The notes under the pieces were generated by a model. That model was not told where the DNA came from and ran no database searches. It saw only the letters and a list, made by a program, of their open reading frames with translations. 64,000 nucleotides of DNA from an uncultured delta proteobacterium. GTDB taxonomy: Bacteria; Myxococcota_A; Polyangia; Polyangiales; B10-G4. The position numbers and the translations under genes are program-made. The stretch lies in contig CAVSGI010000009.1 of assembly GCA_963727445.1 (NCBI GenBank), positions 448,001 through 512,000 on the forward strand, given 5' to 3'. Positions 1 through 9,785 of this stretch are shown here, piece by piece; the stretch's first letter is position 1, and each line of letters begins with the position of its first letter.

Positions 1-2499
1 CCCGTCGCCGATGGCACGAGTTGCGACGACGCCGACCCGTGCACCACCTCCGCCATGTGCAGTGGGGGGACGTGCGCTGGCGAGGGAACGCCCGACTGCA
101 CGGCCATGGACGACATGTGCAACGTCGGCATGTGCGACAGCATGTCCGGCGACTGCATGGCGGCGCCAGTCGCGGATGGCACGGCGTGTGATGACGGCGA
201 TGCCTGCACGCTGATGGACTCGTGCGGTGGTGGCGCGTGCGTCGGCGTCGACGGGTGCGGCGGCGCCCTCTACGCAGAGGACTTCGAAGCCGGTGACGGC
301 GGTTGGACGACAGGCGGCACCAACTCCAGCTGGGAGTATGGGATGCCGGCCGGAAGCGTGATCACGCAAGCGGCGAGCGGCGCGAACGCCTGGGTCACCA
401 ACCTGGACGGCAACTACAACAACAGCGAGGACTCGTACATCGAGAGCCCCCCGCTGGACTTCAGCGGCGCGACGAGCGATCCCTTCCTCCGCTTCTCCCA
501 CGACTTCCTGACCGAGAGTTGTTGCGACGAGGGCTGGGTCGAGATCTCGATCGACGGCGGCACCACCTTCACCAAGCTCGGCGCTTCGGGAACGGGCGTC
601 AATTGGTACAACGACGCCACCAATCAGTGGTGGGACGGCTCGTCGGATGGCTGGCGCATCGCGCAGCAGGTGCTCACCGGGACAGCCGGACAAGCCGACG
701 TGCGCATCCGATTCGTCTTTTCTTCTGACACCAGCGTTTCCCGTGAGGGGTTCGGCGTCGACGACGTCCTGGTGCTCCCGGATGTCGACGGCGACCTCGC
801 CATCGAGAGCGTGACCCCTCCCGCCCCGCAATGCGGCAGCACGACCGGCCCCCTCACCGTTCGCATCCGCAACCTCGGGACCACCGATGTGACCGGGTTC
901 GACGTCACTCGAACCGTTGGCTCGATGGCCCCGGAGACCGAGACGTCCACCGATACGATCGCGGCGGGAGACTTCCTCGACTTCACCTCCGCAGACGTCA
1001 GCGTGACGGCCGAAGAGCCCGTGACCGTCCGAGTGACGGCCACCGCCGATCCGATCTCGGTCAACGATGCGCGGAGCACCACCATCAGCGTGATCCCCCA
1101 GGTCACGGGGCTCACCTACGAAGAGGACTTCGAGGCCGATGACGGCGGTTATCACGCGTCCGGCACCAACAGTACCTGGGCATACGGCACGCCCAACGGC
1201 GGGTACATTCGCGCGGCCGCGTCGGGGACCGGCGCGTGGGTCACGAACCTCAGCGGTGCCTATGCCAACGACGAGGAGTCCAATCTCGACACCGTGTGTC
1301 TGGACCTGACGGGCGCATCGAGCGATCCGGTCGTTCAGTTCCACCACGCGTACGAGACGGAGTCCTGCTGCGACGAAGGCTGGGTCGAGATCAGCGTCGA
1401 CGACGGCGCAACCTGGACGAAGCTCACCGGCGGTGCGGCGGCGATCAACTGGTACAACGACACCTCGAACGAGTGGTGGGACGGCTCCTCTGCCGCTGGT
1501 GCCGGCGCCTGGGAGCTCGCCCAGGCGGAGCTCACTGGAGCGGCAGGAAACGTGGCCAGGCTGCGTTTCCGCCTCAGCTCCGACGGCTCGTCGACCCGCG
1601 ATGGTTTCGGCGTCGACGATCTCCGGGTCGTCACCGACGTGGACGGCGACCTGGCCATCGAACAGGTCATGCCCATCGCCGCGGGCTGTGCGACCACGAC
1701 CGGCGACGTCGTCGCCCGCATTCGCAACATGGGATCCTCCGACGTCACCGGCTTCGACATTCAGTACGTCGTCGGTGCGGGGACGCCGGTGATGGAGACC
1801 GCAACGGATACCGTTCCCGCGGGCGGGACGCTCGACTACACGTTCTCGACGCCGGCGTCGTCCTCGTCCTCCGCCGACGTGACGGTCACGGTGGCTGCGG
1901 TCGGTGATCCAAACGCGGGCAACGACGTCGGCTCGGCTCAGCTGGAAGCGCCGTTGACGACAATGGCCTTTGCCGGCGGCTACGCCGAGGACTTCGAGGC
2001 CGACGACGGCGGCTGGGTTGCGCGGGGTGCGAATGCCAGCTGGGCGTGGGGAGCGCCCTCGGGCACCTACGTCTCGGCGGCCGCCGGCGGCACCAATGCC
2101 TGGGTCACCAACCTCTCGGGCGACTACAACGCGAGCGAGCTCTCCTATCTCGCCACGGGCTTCTGCCTGGACTTGAGCGGCGAGTCGGCGGACCCGACCC
2201 TGAGCTTCTCTCAGATCTACGATACCGAGAGCTGCTGCGACGAAGGTTGGGTGGAGATGAGCACCGACGGTGGCGCGACCTGGACGAAGGTCGGCAGCTC
2301 CGCGTCGGGCACCAACTGGTACAACGACACCTCGAACGAGTGGTGGGATGGCACCAGCGGTGGCGCCGGAGCCTGGCGCACGGCGAGCCACGAGCTCACC
2401 GGCGCCGCGGGTGAGATGGTTCAGCTCCGCTTCGTGATGAGCTCGGATGGGTCCGTTCAGCACGAGGGCTTCGGGGTCGACGACATCAGCATCATGTGA
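1..2499 (+). CDS. Large secreted Cys-rich repeat protein (5'-partial): CDDGDACT-type repeats, then three tandem MAM/jelly-roll-like domains separated by two Ig/CARDB-like domains
   Basis: Frame 1 is open from base 1 (PVADGTSCDDADPCT...) to TGA at 2497-2499. Three copies of 'EDFEAxDGG...W...AWVTNLxGxY...TESCCDEGWVExSxDxGxT...NWYND..WWDG...GFGVDD'. Two 'DGDLAIE...RIRNxG..DVTGFD' Ig-like spacers. Confidence 0.75.
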   Translation, partial: PVADGTSCDDADPCTTSAMCSGGTCAGEGTPDCTAMDDMCNVGMCDSMSGDCMAAPVADGTACDDGDACTLMDSCGGGACVGVDGCGGALYAEDFEAGDGGWTTGGTNSSWEYGMPAGSVITQAASGANAWVTNLDGNYNNSEDSYIESPPLDFSGATSDPFLRFSHDFLTESCCDEGWVEISIDGGTTFTKLGASGTGVNWYNDATNQWWDGSSDGWRIAQQVLTGTAGQADVRIRFVFSSDTSVSREGFGVDDVLVLPDVDGDLAIESVTPPAPQCGSTTGPLTVRIRNLGTTDVTGFDVTRTVGSMAPETETSTDTIAAGDFLDFTSADVSVTAEEPVTVRVTATADPISVNDARSTTISVIPQVTGLTYEEDFEADDGGYHASGTNSTWAYGTPNGGYIRAAASGTGAWVTNLSGAYANDEESNLDTVCLDLTGASSDPVVQFHHAYETESCCDEGWVEISVDDGATWTKLTGGAAAINWYNDTSNEWWDGSSAAGAGAWELAQAELTGAAGNVARLRFRLSSDGSSTRDGFGVDDLRVVTDVDGDLAIEQVMPIAAGCATTTGDVVARIRNMGSSDVTGFDIQYVVGAGTPVMETATDTVPAGGTLDYTFSTPASSSSSADVTVTVAAVGDPNAGNDVGSAQLEAPLTTMAFAGGYAEDFEADDGGWVARGANASWAWGAPSGTYVSAAAGGTNAWVTNLSGDYNASELSYLATGFCLDLSGESADPTLSFSQIYDTESCCDEGWVEMSTDGGATWTKVGSSASGTNWYNDTSNEWWDGTSGGAGAWRTASHELTGAAGEMVQLRFVMSSDGSVQHEGFGVDDISIM

Positions 2500-2644
2500 G
2501 CTCGGCCCAGAGCGCCGTTTGCCCGCTCGTTGAGCGGCGGTCTTCGACCAGGCAATGGGCGGCGTCGCGCGGCTCGGCGCGACAGCGTGGCGCGCGTACG
2601 AGCCGTTGATCTCACAACACTCCGCAGGACGGGCGGGTGAGGGG

Positions 2645-2660
2645 CGGCACGCGGCTTGCG
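2645..2660 (+). promoter_or_regulatory. Candidate sigma-54 (-24/-12) promoter
   Basis: CGGCACG-CGGC-TTGCG: GG-N10-GC spacing, 1 mismatch to TGGCACG-N4-TTGC, 14 nt upstream of ATG 2674. Confidence 0.55.
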
Positions 2661-2673
2661 AGCATGCGCTCCC

Positions 2674-3906
2674 ATGTGGAGACGGCTGTGGTGTTTCGGA
2701 CTGGCCTCGATGATGGTGGGCTGTGCCTTGCCCGTCGATGGTGAGACCGATCCCAACCTCGACGAGGACGCGCTGGTGGGCAGCGTGGCGAGCGCGCTGT
2801 CGAACTACTCCTGTACGGAGCGAGGCGACACCGGATACGTCAGCGGCAGCCCCTTCGACATCGTGGTGGTGACGGTTCAGGACAAGCCGGTCGAGGTCTC
2901 CACCGCCAACGCCTACATCCACATGGCCACCGCCGCCGAAGCGGACGGGGTGAACCTGCGGATCGTCAGCGGCTTTCGGACGAACGCCGAGCAGCAGCAC
3001 CTCTACTACTGCTACACCTCCTGCACCTGCAACGGCTGCAACCTCGCCGCCCACCCGGGTTACAGCAATCACCAGAGCGGCCACGCGCTCGACCTGAACA
3101 CCTCGAGCGCGGGCGTCCTCAACTGGCTCAACCACAACGGCGCGCACTTCGGCTTCTCGCGCACGGTGCCGAGCGAGGACTGGCACTGGGAGTTCTGGGG
3201 CGACGACCCCGGCGACGGTCCGTGCGGCCGTCGCGACCCACCGACCGCCGAGGACTGCCCGGATCTCCCTGCGGACGGCGGCGTCGTCGAGGAGACCTCG
3301 GGCTGCTTCTACGCACACGGCCCGGCGGCGTACTGGCGTCACGAAGACGGCGCCGGCCACGGGGGCTCGCTGCTCTGGACGAACGCCTGGGAGAGCGACA
3401 CGCCATCCGACTGGGCGCGCTGGTACCTCCGTCCAAGGCGAGCAGGACGGTACTCGGTTCAGGTGTGGGCCGAGCCTGGCTTCGCGGTCTTCCGTCGCGC
3501 GCGCTACGTCGTACGGCACGACGGCGTCGAAGACGAGCTCATCGTGGACCTCTCGGGCGCCTCGGGGTGGCTCGAGCTCGGGACTTTCGACATGGGCACC
3601 GGCAACCGACAGAACGTCTCCGTCTACGACGACAGCCCCACCGCGGTGCCCGCCGATCAGCACATCCCCGCCGATGCGGTACGCCTCGTCCCGGCGCCGG
3701 ATCTCGAGGTGCCTCCGCTGGAGGAGGAGCCGCCGAGCATCGAGATGGCGGAGCCAGGCACCGATGCTGGCGTGGGCGTGGGCGCGGGCGCAGGACCGGG
3801 AGCGATCACCGGGGGCTGCGACGTCGCGGCCCGCCGCGGCGAGGGCCTCGGCTGGACGTGGCTCGGAGCCATGCTCGTGCTCTTCGTCCGGCGACGCCGT
3901 CGCTGA
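2674..3906 (+). CDS. M15B/VanY-type D-Ala-D-Ala carboxypeptidase lipoprotein with golvesin-like C-terminal beta domain and MYXO-CTERM-type sorting signal
   Basis: Motifs SGFRT, SNHQSGHALD (SxHxxGxAxD) and EDWHW. N-terminal lipobox MVGC. 'AGRYSVQVW...GWLELGTFD...ADAVRL' domain. C-terminal GGC...hydrophobic...RRRRR. Start chosen at ATG 2674 rather than TTG 2656. Confidence 0.8.
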   Translation: MWRRLWCFGLASMMVGCALPVDGETDPNLDEDALVGSVASALSNYSCTERGDTGYVSGSPFDIVVVTVQDKPVEVSTANAYIHMATAAEADGVNLRIVSGFRTNAEQQHLYYCYTSCTCNGCNLAAHPGYSNHQSGHALDLNTSSAGVLNWLNHNGAHFGFSRTVPSEDWHWEFWGDDPGDGPCGRRDPPTAEDCPDLPADGGVVEETSGCFYAHGPAAYWRHEDGAGHGGSLLWTNAWESDTPSDWARWYLRPRRAGRYSVQVWAEPGFAVFRRARYVVRHDGVEDELIVDLSGASGWLELGTFDMGTGNRQNVSVYDDSPTAVPADQHIPADAVRLVPAPDLEVPPLEEEPPSIEMAEPGTDAGVGVGAGAGPGAITGGCDVAARRGEGLGWTWLGAMLVLFVRRRRR

Positions 3907-3918
3907 CGGATCAGAGGC

Positions 3919-4980
3919 TCACCGCAGAGCGCGATCGCGACGGCTGAGCATCTGTTTGACGAGGCGGGTGACGGGCTCGATATCAGCCATGTGTGAGGAG
4001 GGTCGGGGCGCGAGAGCGTGGGTGAGGGGCTCGGCGTCGCCCGGGGCGAAGATGGTGACCTCGTTGACGACGCCATCGAGCAAACCCGGGCACTGAAAGA
4101 CGATCTCCGGTCGCCCTTCGATGGCGAACGACGGAATCTCCTCGGGGTTCAGGATGGCGTCTTCGGTGCAGAGGTCGGCCGCTGGATGGCGCCGCCCGAA
4201 GACGACGAAGTAGGCGAGCCGGTAGTCGTCGTCGAGGACCAGCTCACCGGGCCGGATGTCGCGGTACACGAGCACGATCTCCGTTTCTCGCGTGACGGGG
4301 GGCGCCTCGACGATGGGCTCGGGCTCGACGATGGGCTCGGGCTGCGGCGCGGGCTCGGGCTGCGGCGCGGGCTCGGGTGGAGCTCCGGCTTCCAGCGCCG
4401 CGAGGTGGTCGATGAGCGCTTGGTCTCTCCGCTGGCACGACTCGTCATCCGGAGACCGTTGGTGGAAGGAGAAGCAGAGGATGGGGTGCCCACTGGGGAG
4501 CGGGGAGGACGATGCGCCAAAGCTCGACTGGCCATTCGCGAGGCGGGCATTCAGCGGGCCGCCGGAAAAATCGCCGAGCGACCCGACCCGGACCACGCCG
4601 GAAGGAGGTACGGTGACCGTCACCTCGCGGCTCAGGCCCCCCGCCTCGAGCGTGCCAGAGGCGGCGGGATCTTCGATGACGAAGATCTCGTCTCGTGAGA
4701 AGCCGGGAGGGACGTCGAAGACGAGGACGGGCTCGAAGAGGCCTTCGTAAGAGGTCAAGAGGACGGCTACGGCACCGACTCCGCCGCCGACGACCATTCC
4801 GCCGGTGCTGAGCAGAGCGGTCATCACACCACTGCCTTGCGGCTGCCCGTCTCCTTTGCGCCGCGCCATCACGCGCGCGAGGAAGAACCCCACGCCACCG
4901 CCGACGAGTCCGGGCCCGATGACCATGCAGGTCATCGCGAGAAGGATGGCCACGGCCATGCCGCTGTCGGGAGCGCTCAT
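3919..4980 (-). CDS. Hypothetical membrane protein (two N-terminal TM segments, Pro/Glu linker, two soluble domains)
   Basis: 353-aa ORF overlapping the stop of the upstream beta-helix gene by 4 nt. Hydrophobic N-terminal helices. Confidence 0.6.
   Translation of the reverse strand: MSAPDSGMAVAILLAMTCMVIGPGLVGGGVGFFLARVMARRKGDGQPQGSGVMTALLSTGGMVVGGGVGAVAVLLTSYEGLFEPVLVFDVPPGFSRDEIFVIEDPAASGTLEAGGLSREVTVTVPPSGVVRVGSLGDFSGGPLNARLANGQSSFGASSSPLPSGHPILCFSFHQRSPDDESCQRRDQALIDHLAALEAGAPPEPAPQPEPAPQPEPIVEPEPIVEAPPVTRETEIVLVYRDIRPGELVLDDDYRLAYFVVFGRRHPAADLCTEDAILNPEEIPSFAIEGRPEIVFQCPGLLDGVVNEVTIFAPGDAEPLTHALAPRPSSHMADIEPVTRLVKQMLSRRDRALR
4306..4377 (-). repeat. In-frame 18-bp tandem repeats encoding PEPAPQ x2 and PEPIVE x2
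   Basis: Visible directly in DNA (gggctcgggctgcggcgc / gggctcgacgatgggctc units) and in the protein. Confidence 0.75.
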
Positions 4981-7502
4981 CCGTCCGATCCTGGTGCACG
5001 CAAGGCAGCGTCCGGGATGGGAACCATCGCGGAGTCGATGTTGCGTTCGTTGTCGATGAAGACGACGTCGCGCGTCAGCCGGTCGAAGTCGTAATCCGGT
5101 GCGTCCTGCACGTTGAGTCCGATGGGGTTGTTCGCGATCACCCCTCGCTCGAGGTCCGCCTCGCCTCCGCTGGCGATCTGCGCGCCACCGAGCGCGCTAT
5201 CCGCGATGCGGAAGTCGCTCAGCACGATCCGCCCAGAGTCGACGGCGGACGCGCCCCAGCCGGCGCCGGTGTCGCAACGACCAGCTTCGGCGCAAGCCGC
5301 CACGCGCGTGCCCTCGACGGTCACTTGGGACGCCGTGATGATCGAGCCATGCCCCATGGCCAGCATGCCCACTTCGCGGTTGTTCCGAAGGCTCGCCCCG
5401 GCGAGCTCCACGACGCCGCCGAGCTGGGCGACCACCGCCCGACCGAGTTGTCCCGTGGCTGAGTTGCTTTCCGTGTTTTGCACCACGACATCTCGTACGG
5501 AGACGTCCGATCCCGAGAAGACGCCGATCCCGAGGCCGTGGGCGCCGTCGATTTCGACGCGCTGGAGGTCGACGACCGACGCGAGATCGGCGTTCAGCCC
5601 CCAACCGAACTGTCCCATTCGATTCTCGCGGCAGGTGTCGATGCCCAGATCCAGCAGATGCAGCTCGGCGTCCAAGACATTCACAGCGACGTGCGTCGTG
5701 TCGTGCACGGCGACGCGTTCGAGAGCGACCGACGCGCCCCGCTCCACCTGTATCCCGCCGCCGAACTCCTCCCCCGCGGAGGTCAGCAAGCGCGCATCCA
5801 CTCCGTCGATGGTGAGATCCGTCAGAGAACCGCGTGTCCCGTCTCCCCCCGCGACGAGCCCCGCGCCTCCGACATCTTCGATCCGGATGCGCGCACCATC
5901 GACCACGACGCCGTTCGTGAGACTGAGCCCGTAACCCGCGTTTTCGTCGGTGCCGATCCCCTGGATGGTCACGTCGTGCAGCGAGCCCTCGGTTCCTGCC
6001 AGCTCCAGCTGTACGCCGTAATCTGCGGCGTCTTCGACGAGCACTCGTTCGAGCTCGGCACGCCCGCCGTTCACGGTGATGCCGACGCCCAAGCCGTCGG
6101 ACGGTCTCGGCTGCACGCGCGTCACCCGTAGGTCCGTGGCGAGGAGCGTGCTGCCCTCGGCCCGCACTCCGGCCTCGAAGACATCGCGTATGACGGTGCG
6201 GGTCAGCTGCAAATGGCCGTCGTTCTCGACGCTCGCTCCTCGGCCGAAGGCGTCCATCCGGGGGACGATCTCGGAGACGACGACGTCCTCGCCTTCGAAG
6301 CTGGCGCCTCGCGTGATGACGATCCCGAAATCCTCCGCCTGGTCGACGTAGAGGCCCTGCGCCCCGACCCGGGCTCCTTCGTGGACGGCGACGCCGTGGC
6401 CGCTGGACTCTGCGCTGACCGCCGAGGTCGGCACGATGCGCCGGACGACCACATCCTCGAGCGTGACTTCCGTGCCCTCGTCGAACGCGAGGACGCCCGA
6501 CTCGCGGCGATCCTCGAAGACCGAACGTGCCACCGTGACGCTCGCGCCCCCCTGTGCGTGGAGCCCTTCGGACCCGGTGCCACTTCTGGTCTGTCGGACG
6601 ACGACGGCGTCGAGCGCGACCACACCCCCGTCGGCCGCGAAGACGCCGATTCCGGAGTTGTCCTCGAAGACCGCCCTGCGAATGGTCGCTGTCCCCTCCT
6701 GTTCGACATCGAGGCCCCGACCGACGATCCCGGCGCGCGTCCCGCGCACGATGAGCCCTTCCGCCTCCACGTGCGCCCCGAAGGTCGCTTCGATACCGAG
6801 GTTTTCGTTGCCATCGACGATGACGTTCTCGAGCCGCACGCTGACCGAGCCCGATGCCGAGACCCCGAGACCAGACCCGCTGAGCGTCACGTCGCGAATC
6901 GCCACGTCCATTCCCGCGACGGTCAGCGTCGCGGCGACGGGAGACGGCGCCACGATGATCGTCTCGCCGGCGCACGCGCCGCGCAGGGTCACCCCCCCGC
7001 GCAAGTTGCCGACCGCCTCGGCGTAGGTGCCTCGCGCGAGTGCCACCACGTCTCCCGCTCCCGATGCCCTCGCCGCGTCACCGATGGACGCGAAAGGCGC
7101 GGTGCGGCTTCCATCGCCGCCGGCCGGAGCGCCGCTCTTTACGTAGCGCACGCCCGACGCTGGCAAGTCTGCTGCCCATTCGCCTTCCCCGGGACATGTC
7201 GGGCCGAGTTGCTCGCACCCATCGGAACCGGGCACGTGGATCTCCGCGGGCCCGCAATCGAGCGGCCCGTCGGGCCAAGGGTCACAGACCCCGTCGGCGG
7301 TGGTCGTGAACCCCGCGGGGCAACTCCGGCCGGGGGGCGCGGGCGCTTCGGGCACCGCGGGCTCCGCGACCGACCAGCCCCCGGAATCGGGGCCCACGCC
7401 CGCATCGCCGTCCATCCCCATCGGAGCGCCGCCGTCACAGCCGAGGAGCAGCGCCGCGATCGAGGCACATGTCGCGAGAGATGCTCGTGGATGATTGGGC
7501 AC
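4977..7502 (-). CDS. Right-handed beta-helix (pectin-lyase-like) repeat lipoprotein, paralog 1
   Basis: Lipobox LLGC, Cys-rich N-domain, 'YVKSGAPAGGDGSRTAPFASIGDA...LARGTYAE' beta-helix cap, and long 'GRGxxVxxG...LEDVVV' repeats. Confidence 0.75.
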   Translation of the reverse strand: MPNHPRASLATCASIAALLLGCDGGAPMGMDGDAGVGPDSGGWSVAEPAVPEAPAPPGRSCPAGFTTTADGVCDPWPDGPLDCGPAEIHVPGSDGCEQLGPTCPGEGEWAADLPASGVRYVKSGAPAGGDGSRTAPFASIGDAARASGAGDVVALARGTYAEAVGNLRGGVTLRGACAGETIIVAPSPVAATLTVAGMDVAIRDVTLSGSGLGVSASGSVSVRLENVIVDGNENLGIEATFGAHVEAEGLIVRGTRAGIVGRGLDVEQEGTATIRRAVFEDNSGIGVFAADGGVVALDAVVVRQTRSGTGSEGLHAQGGASVTVARSVFEDRRESGVLAFDEGTEVTLEDVVVRRIVPTSAVSAESSGHGVAVHEGARVGAQGLYVDQAEDFGIVITRGASFEGEDVVVSEIVPRMDAFGRGASVENDGHLQLTRTVIRDVFEAGVRAEGSTLLATDLRVTRVQPRPSDGLGVGITVNGGRAELERVLVEDAADYGVQLELAGTEGSLHDVTIQGIGTDENAGYGLSLTNGVVVDGARIRIEDVGGAGLVAGGDGTRGSLTDLTIDGVDARLLTSAGEEFGGGIQVERGASVALERVAVHDTTHVAVNVLDAELHLLDLGIDTCRENRMGQFGWGLNADLASVVDLQRVEIDGAHGLGIGVFSGSDVSVRDVVVQNTESNSATGQLGRAVVAQLGGVVELAGASLRNNREVGMLAMGHGSIITASQVTVEGTRVAACAEAGRCDTGAGWGASAVDSGRIVLSDFRIADSALGGAQIASGGEADLERGVIANNPIGLNVQDAPDYDFDRLTRDVVFIDNERNIDSAMVPIPDAALRAPGSDG

Positions 7503-7565
7503 GGGGGCGACGCAATGTAGCAGGCACGCGCCGAGGGGAAGGAGCAGCCGGAGTCGACTTCCGAA

Positions 7566-8861
7566 TCACGGGCTGCAGGATGACGGGCGGTAGCCCGCGC
7601 CCACACGCTCGAAGGCGCCGAGATCGACGAAGCCCTCGGGGAGCGCGCCACGCCACGGGCGGACGCCGCGCACGCCGTAGGTGTCGTCGTTCCGGAACAG
7701 AACCTGGAACGTGCGCGTGGGGCGGACGACGACGCAGTCGGCGGATGCCTCCACCTCGGTGAGCACGCCCACCCAGGGGTAGGGGTGGGGCGGCGGTACC
7801 TCGACGTAGCCGAGGTGCTGAACGGTGAGCGTCGGACCGACCGTGAGGGTGTCGCCGTCGACGAGGAAGAGGCAGCGATCCTGGATGGCATCCCAGTCGT
7901 GGGAGCCGCCCGTGATCCGAAAGTAGCGGAGGGCGACGGCGCCGGGGCCGCCCTCGGGCGCGGCTTCGATCGACGCGAAGGTCTGAGCGAATTGCTGTGG
8001 GTCGAGGTTGCCGATCCGGAACGGCGGCGAGAAGCGCCACACCCCGTCGTGGCGGCTGCCGAAGCGGGCCTCGATGTCGTCGGCGGTGGTGGACCGGCTC
8101 ACGAGGACCCCGCTCGTCGTGCCGTCTGCGTCGCGCACCTCCGAGACGATGGCGAAGGCGCGATCGAGCTGGGTGATCTCCGGGTGCGGGCGCAGCACCT
8201 CGAAAGGCGGCGGGGCGACGGTGGTGGCGGGGCCGAGGGGGGACGCCGCCATGTGAGACTGGCGCAATGTCGGGTTGCGATATGCGGGAAACGGGTAGCC
8301 GTCGTCGTGGCGGCCGGGACGCGCGCCCCCGAGCAGGCGACGCTCGCCCGAGGGGACCGTGACCTCCTCGAAGCGCACGCGCTCGGGGGCCGCGGCGTCC
8401 ACGAGCGGCAGAGCCCAGCGCTCCGAGGGGCCGTTGAGCGAGACGGCCTCCGTCACGCCGGGAATGCCGGTGCCCTCGAAGTAGCGCAGATCGCGCGGGT
8501 CGCGGATGCAACGCACGTCGGGCGCTGCTCCGTCGGCCTCGAGGGTGATGCAGAGATCCGTTTCGGACGCGCGGCGAATCACGCCGAACGTCGCCTCCGT
8601 ATCGCGTGGCCCCCCGATCGGATGGGACGAGATCGAGAGCACGTCGGGGTTCGCGTGCAGGAACGCCACGACCGAAGCTGCGAACACCGGCGCGGCGGGC
8701 GGCGCGGGATCGGATGGCATGTCGTCGACCGGAGCGGGCGGCTCCGGCGCCTCTTGCGAAGTGAAGCGGGGAGGGGGCGACGCGCCGCAGTCACATCCCG
8801 CCGACAGGAGGACGAGCGCGATGAGCGTGGCGGGTGGCGGCACGACGAACAGCATACTCAC
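7566..8861 (-). CDS. Hypothetical lipoprotein
   Basis: 431-aa ORF with hydrophobic signal, SAGC-DC lipobox and Pro-rich linker. TAGAGT-N6-GTG upstream. Confidence 0.6.
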   Translation of the reverse strand: MSMLFVVPPPATLIALVLLSAGCDCGASPPPRFTSQEAPEPPAPVDDMPSDPAPPAAPVFAASVVAFLHANPDVLSISSHPIGGPRDTEATFGVIRRASETDLCITLEADGAAPDVRCIRDPRDLRYFEGTGIPGVTEAVSLNGPSERWALPLVDAAAPERVRFEEVTVPSGERRLLGGARPGRHDDGYPFPAYRNPTLRQSHMAASPLGPATTVAPPPFEVLRPHPEITQLDRAFAIVSEVRDADGTTSGVLVSRSTTADDIEARFGSRHDGVWRFSPPFRIGNLDPQQFAQTFASIEAAPEGGPGAVALRYFRITGGSHDWDAIQDRCLFLVDGDTLTVGPTLTVQHLGYVEVPPPHPYPWVGVLTEVEASADCVVVRPTRTFQVLFRNDDTYGVRGVRPWRGALPEGFVDLGAFERVGAGYRPSSCSP

Positions 8862-8870
8862 CGTCGCACT

Positions 8871-9785
8871 CTAGGCGTAGCGCGCACGGAGCTTCTTCAC
8901 CCACCTGCAATCCAGCATCTTCTCGACGCGGAAGAACGCGGCGAAGGCGATGAAGGAGAGCTGGTAGATGAAGCCGATGGCCATCAGCAGCAGCACGCCG
9001 ACGTGGAAGCCCCAGATCAAGATGGCCCAGGCGGCGCCCACGCGCCGGTGGACCAGCGCCAGCGGGGCCAGCGCCTCGAGCGCCAGGCTCACCCACGCCA
9101 TCATCATGAAGAAGCCCGGATAGGGCAGGAGCCACGCGCCCAGCGGCGAGTAGACCGAGCCGAGCTCGATCTTTCGCACGTTGTCGTACGCGATGTAGTT
9201 GCGCAGGTTCACGTCGTCGACGAAGCCGGCCCCGCTGTTCTCGAACTTCGCGATCGCCGCGAGCAGATAGGCGCACGCGCAGAGGATGCAGATGAGCCGC
9301 AGTGCCCAGCCGTAGCGTCCCGTTTCGCCCGCTTCCGCGGTCACCCGGCCTGAGCGCGCGTCGAGGGAGATGGCGTCCGCCGCCGGCGCCAGCGCGAGGA
9401 CGAGGATCTGCACGCACATCATGTTGTCCACGTGCAGGATCATCCCGAAGGAGTTCGAGTAGGTGAGCACCCAGAGCTGCAGGACCGCGAAGATGGGTGC
9501 CGTGTACTTGTAGCGGTAGCCGGTAGCGAACGCGGCGGCGAAGACCAGGGTCAGGATGACCAGTGCGACCACCACCGCGGGGAGCAGCGGTCGCGGAGCG
9601 AGCGTCGCGATGCCGACCGGCTGAAAGTAGTGCTGGTCCATCGACGCGAAGCTGATCAGATGCGGCGTGCGTATGATCAGATAGACGAGGGCGTAGCCGC
9701 CCACCAACACGCGCAGGACGCCGAGGCGCTCGGCCGGCGCCGGCGGCATGAAGACGCGATCGAGGACGCCGGTCACGGCGCTCAT
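8871..9785 (-). CDS. HTTM-domain membrane protein (vitamin-K-dependent carboxylase-like/SdpB-like TM domain)
   Basis: 'ERLGVLRVLVG', 'GYRYK', 'AISLDA', 'YLLAAIAKF', 'LALE', 'FHVGVLLLMAIGF' pattern with multiple TM helices. Confidence 0.75.
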   Translation of the reverse strand: MSAVTGVLDRVFMPPAPAERLGVLRVLVGGYALVYLIIRTPHLISFASMDQHYFQPVGIATLAPRPLLPAVVVALVILTLVFAAAFATGYRYKYTAPIFAVLQLWVLTYSNSFGMILHVDNMMCVQILVLALAPAADAISLDARSGRVTAEAGETGRYGWALRLICILCACAYLLAAIAKFENSGAGFVDDVNLRNYIAYDNVRKIELGSVYSPLGAWLLPYPGFFMMMAWVSLALEALAPLALVHRRVGAAWAILIWGFHVGVLLLMAIGFIYQLSFIAFAAFFRVEKMLDCRWVKKLRARYA

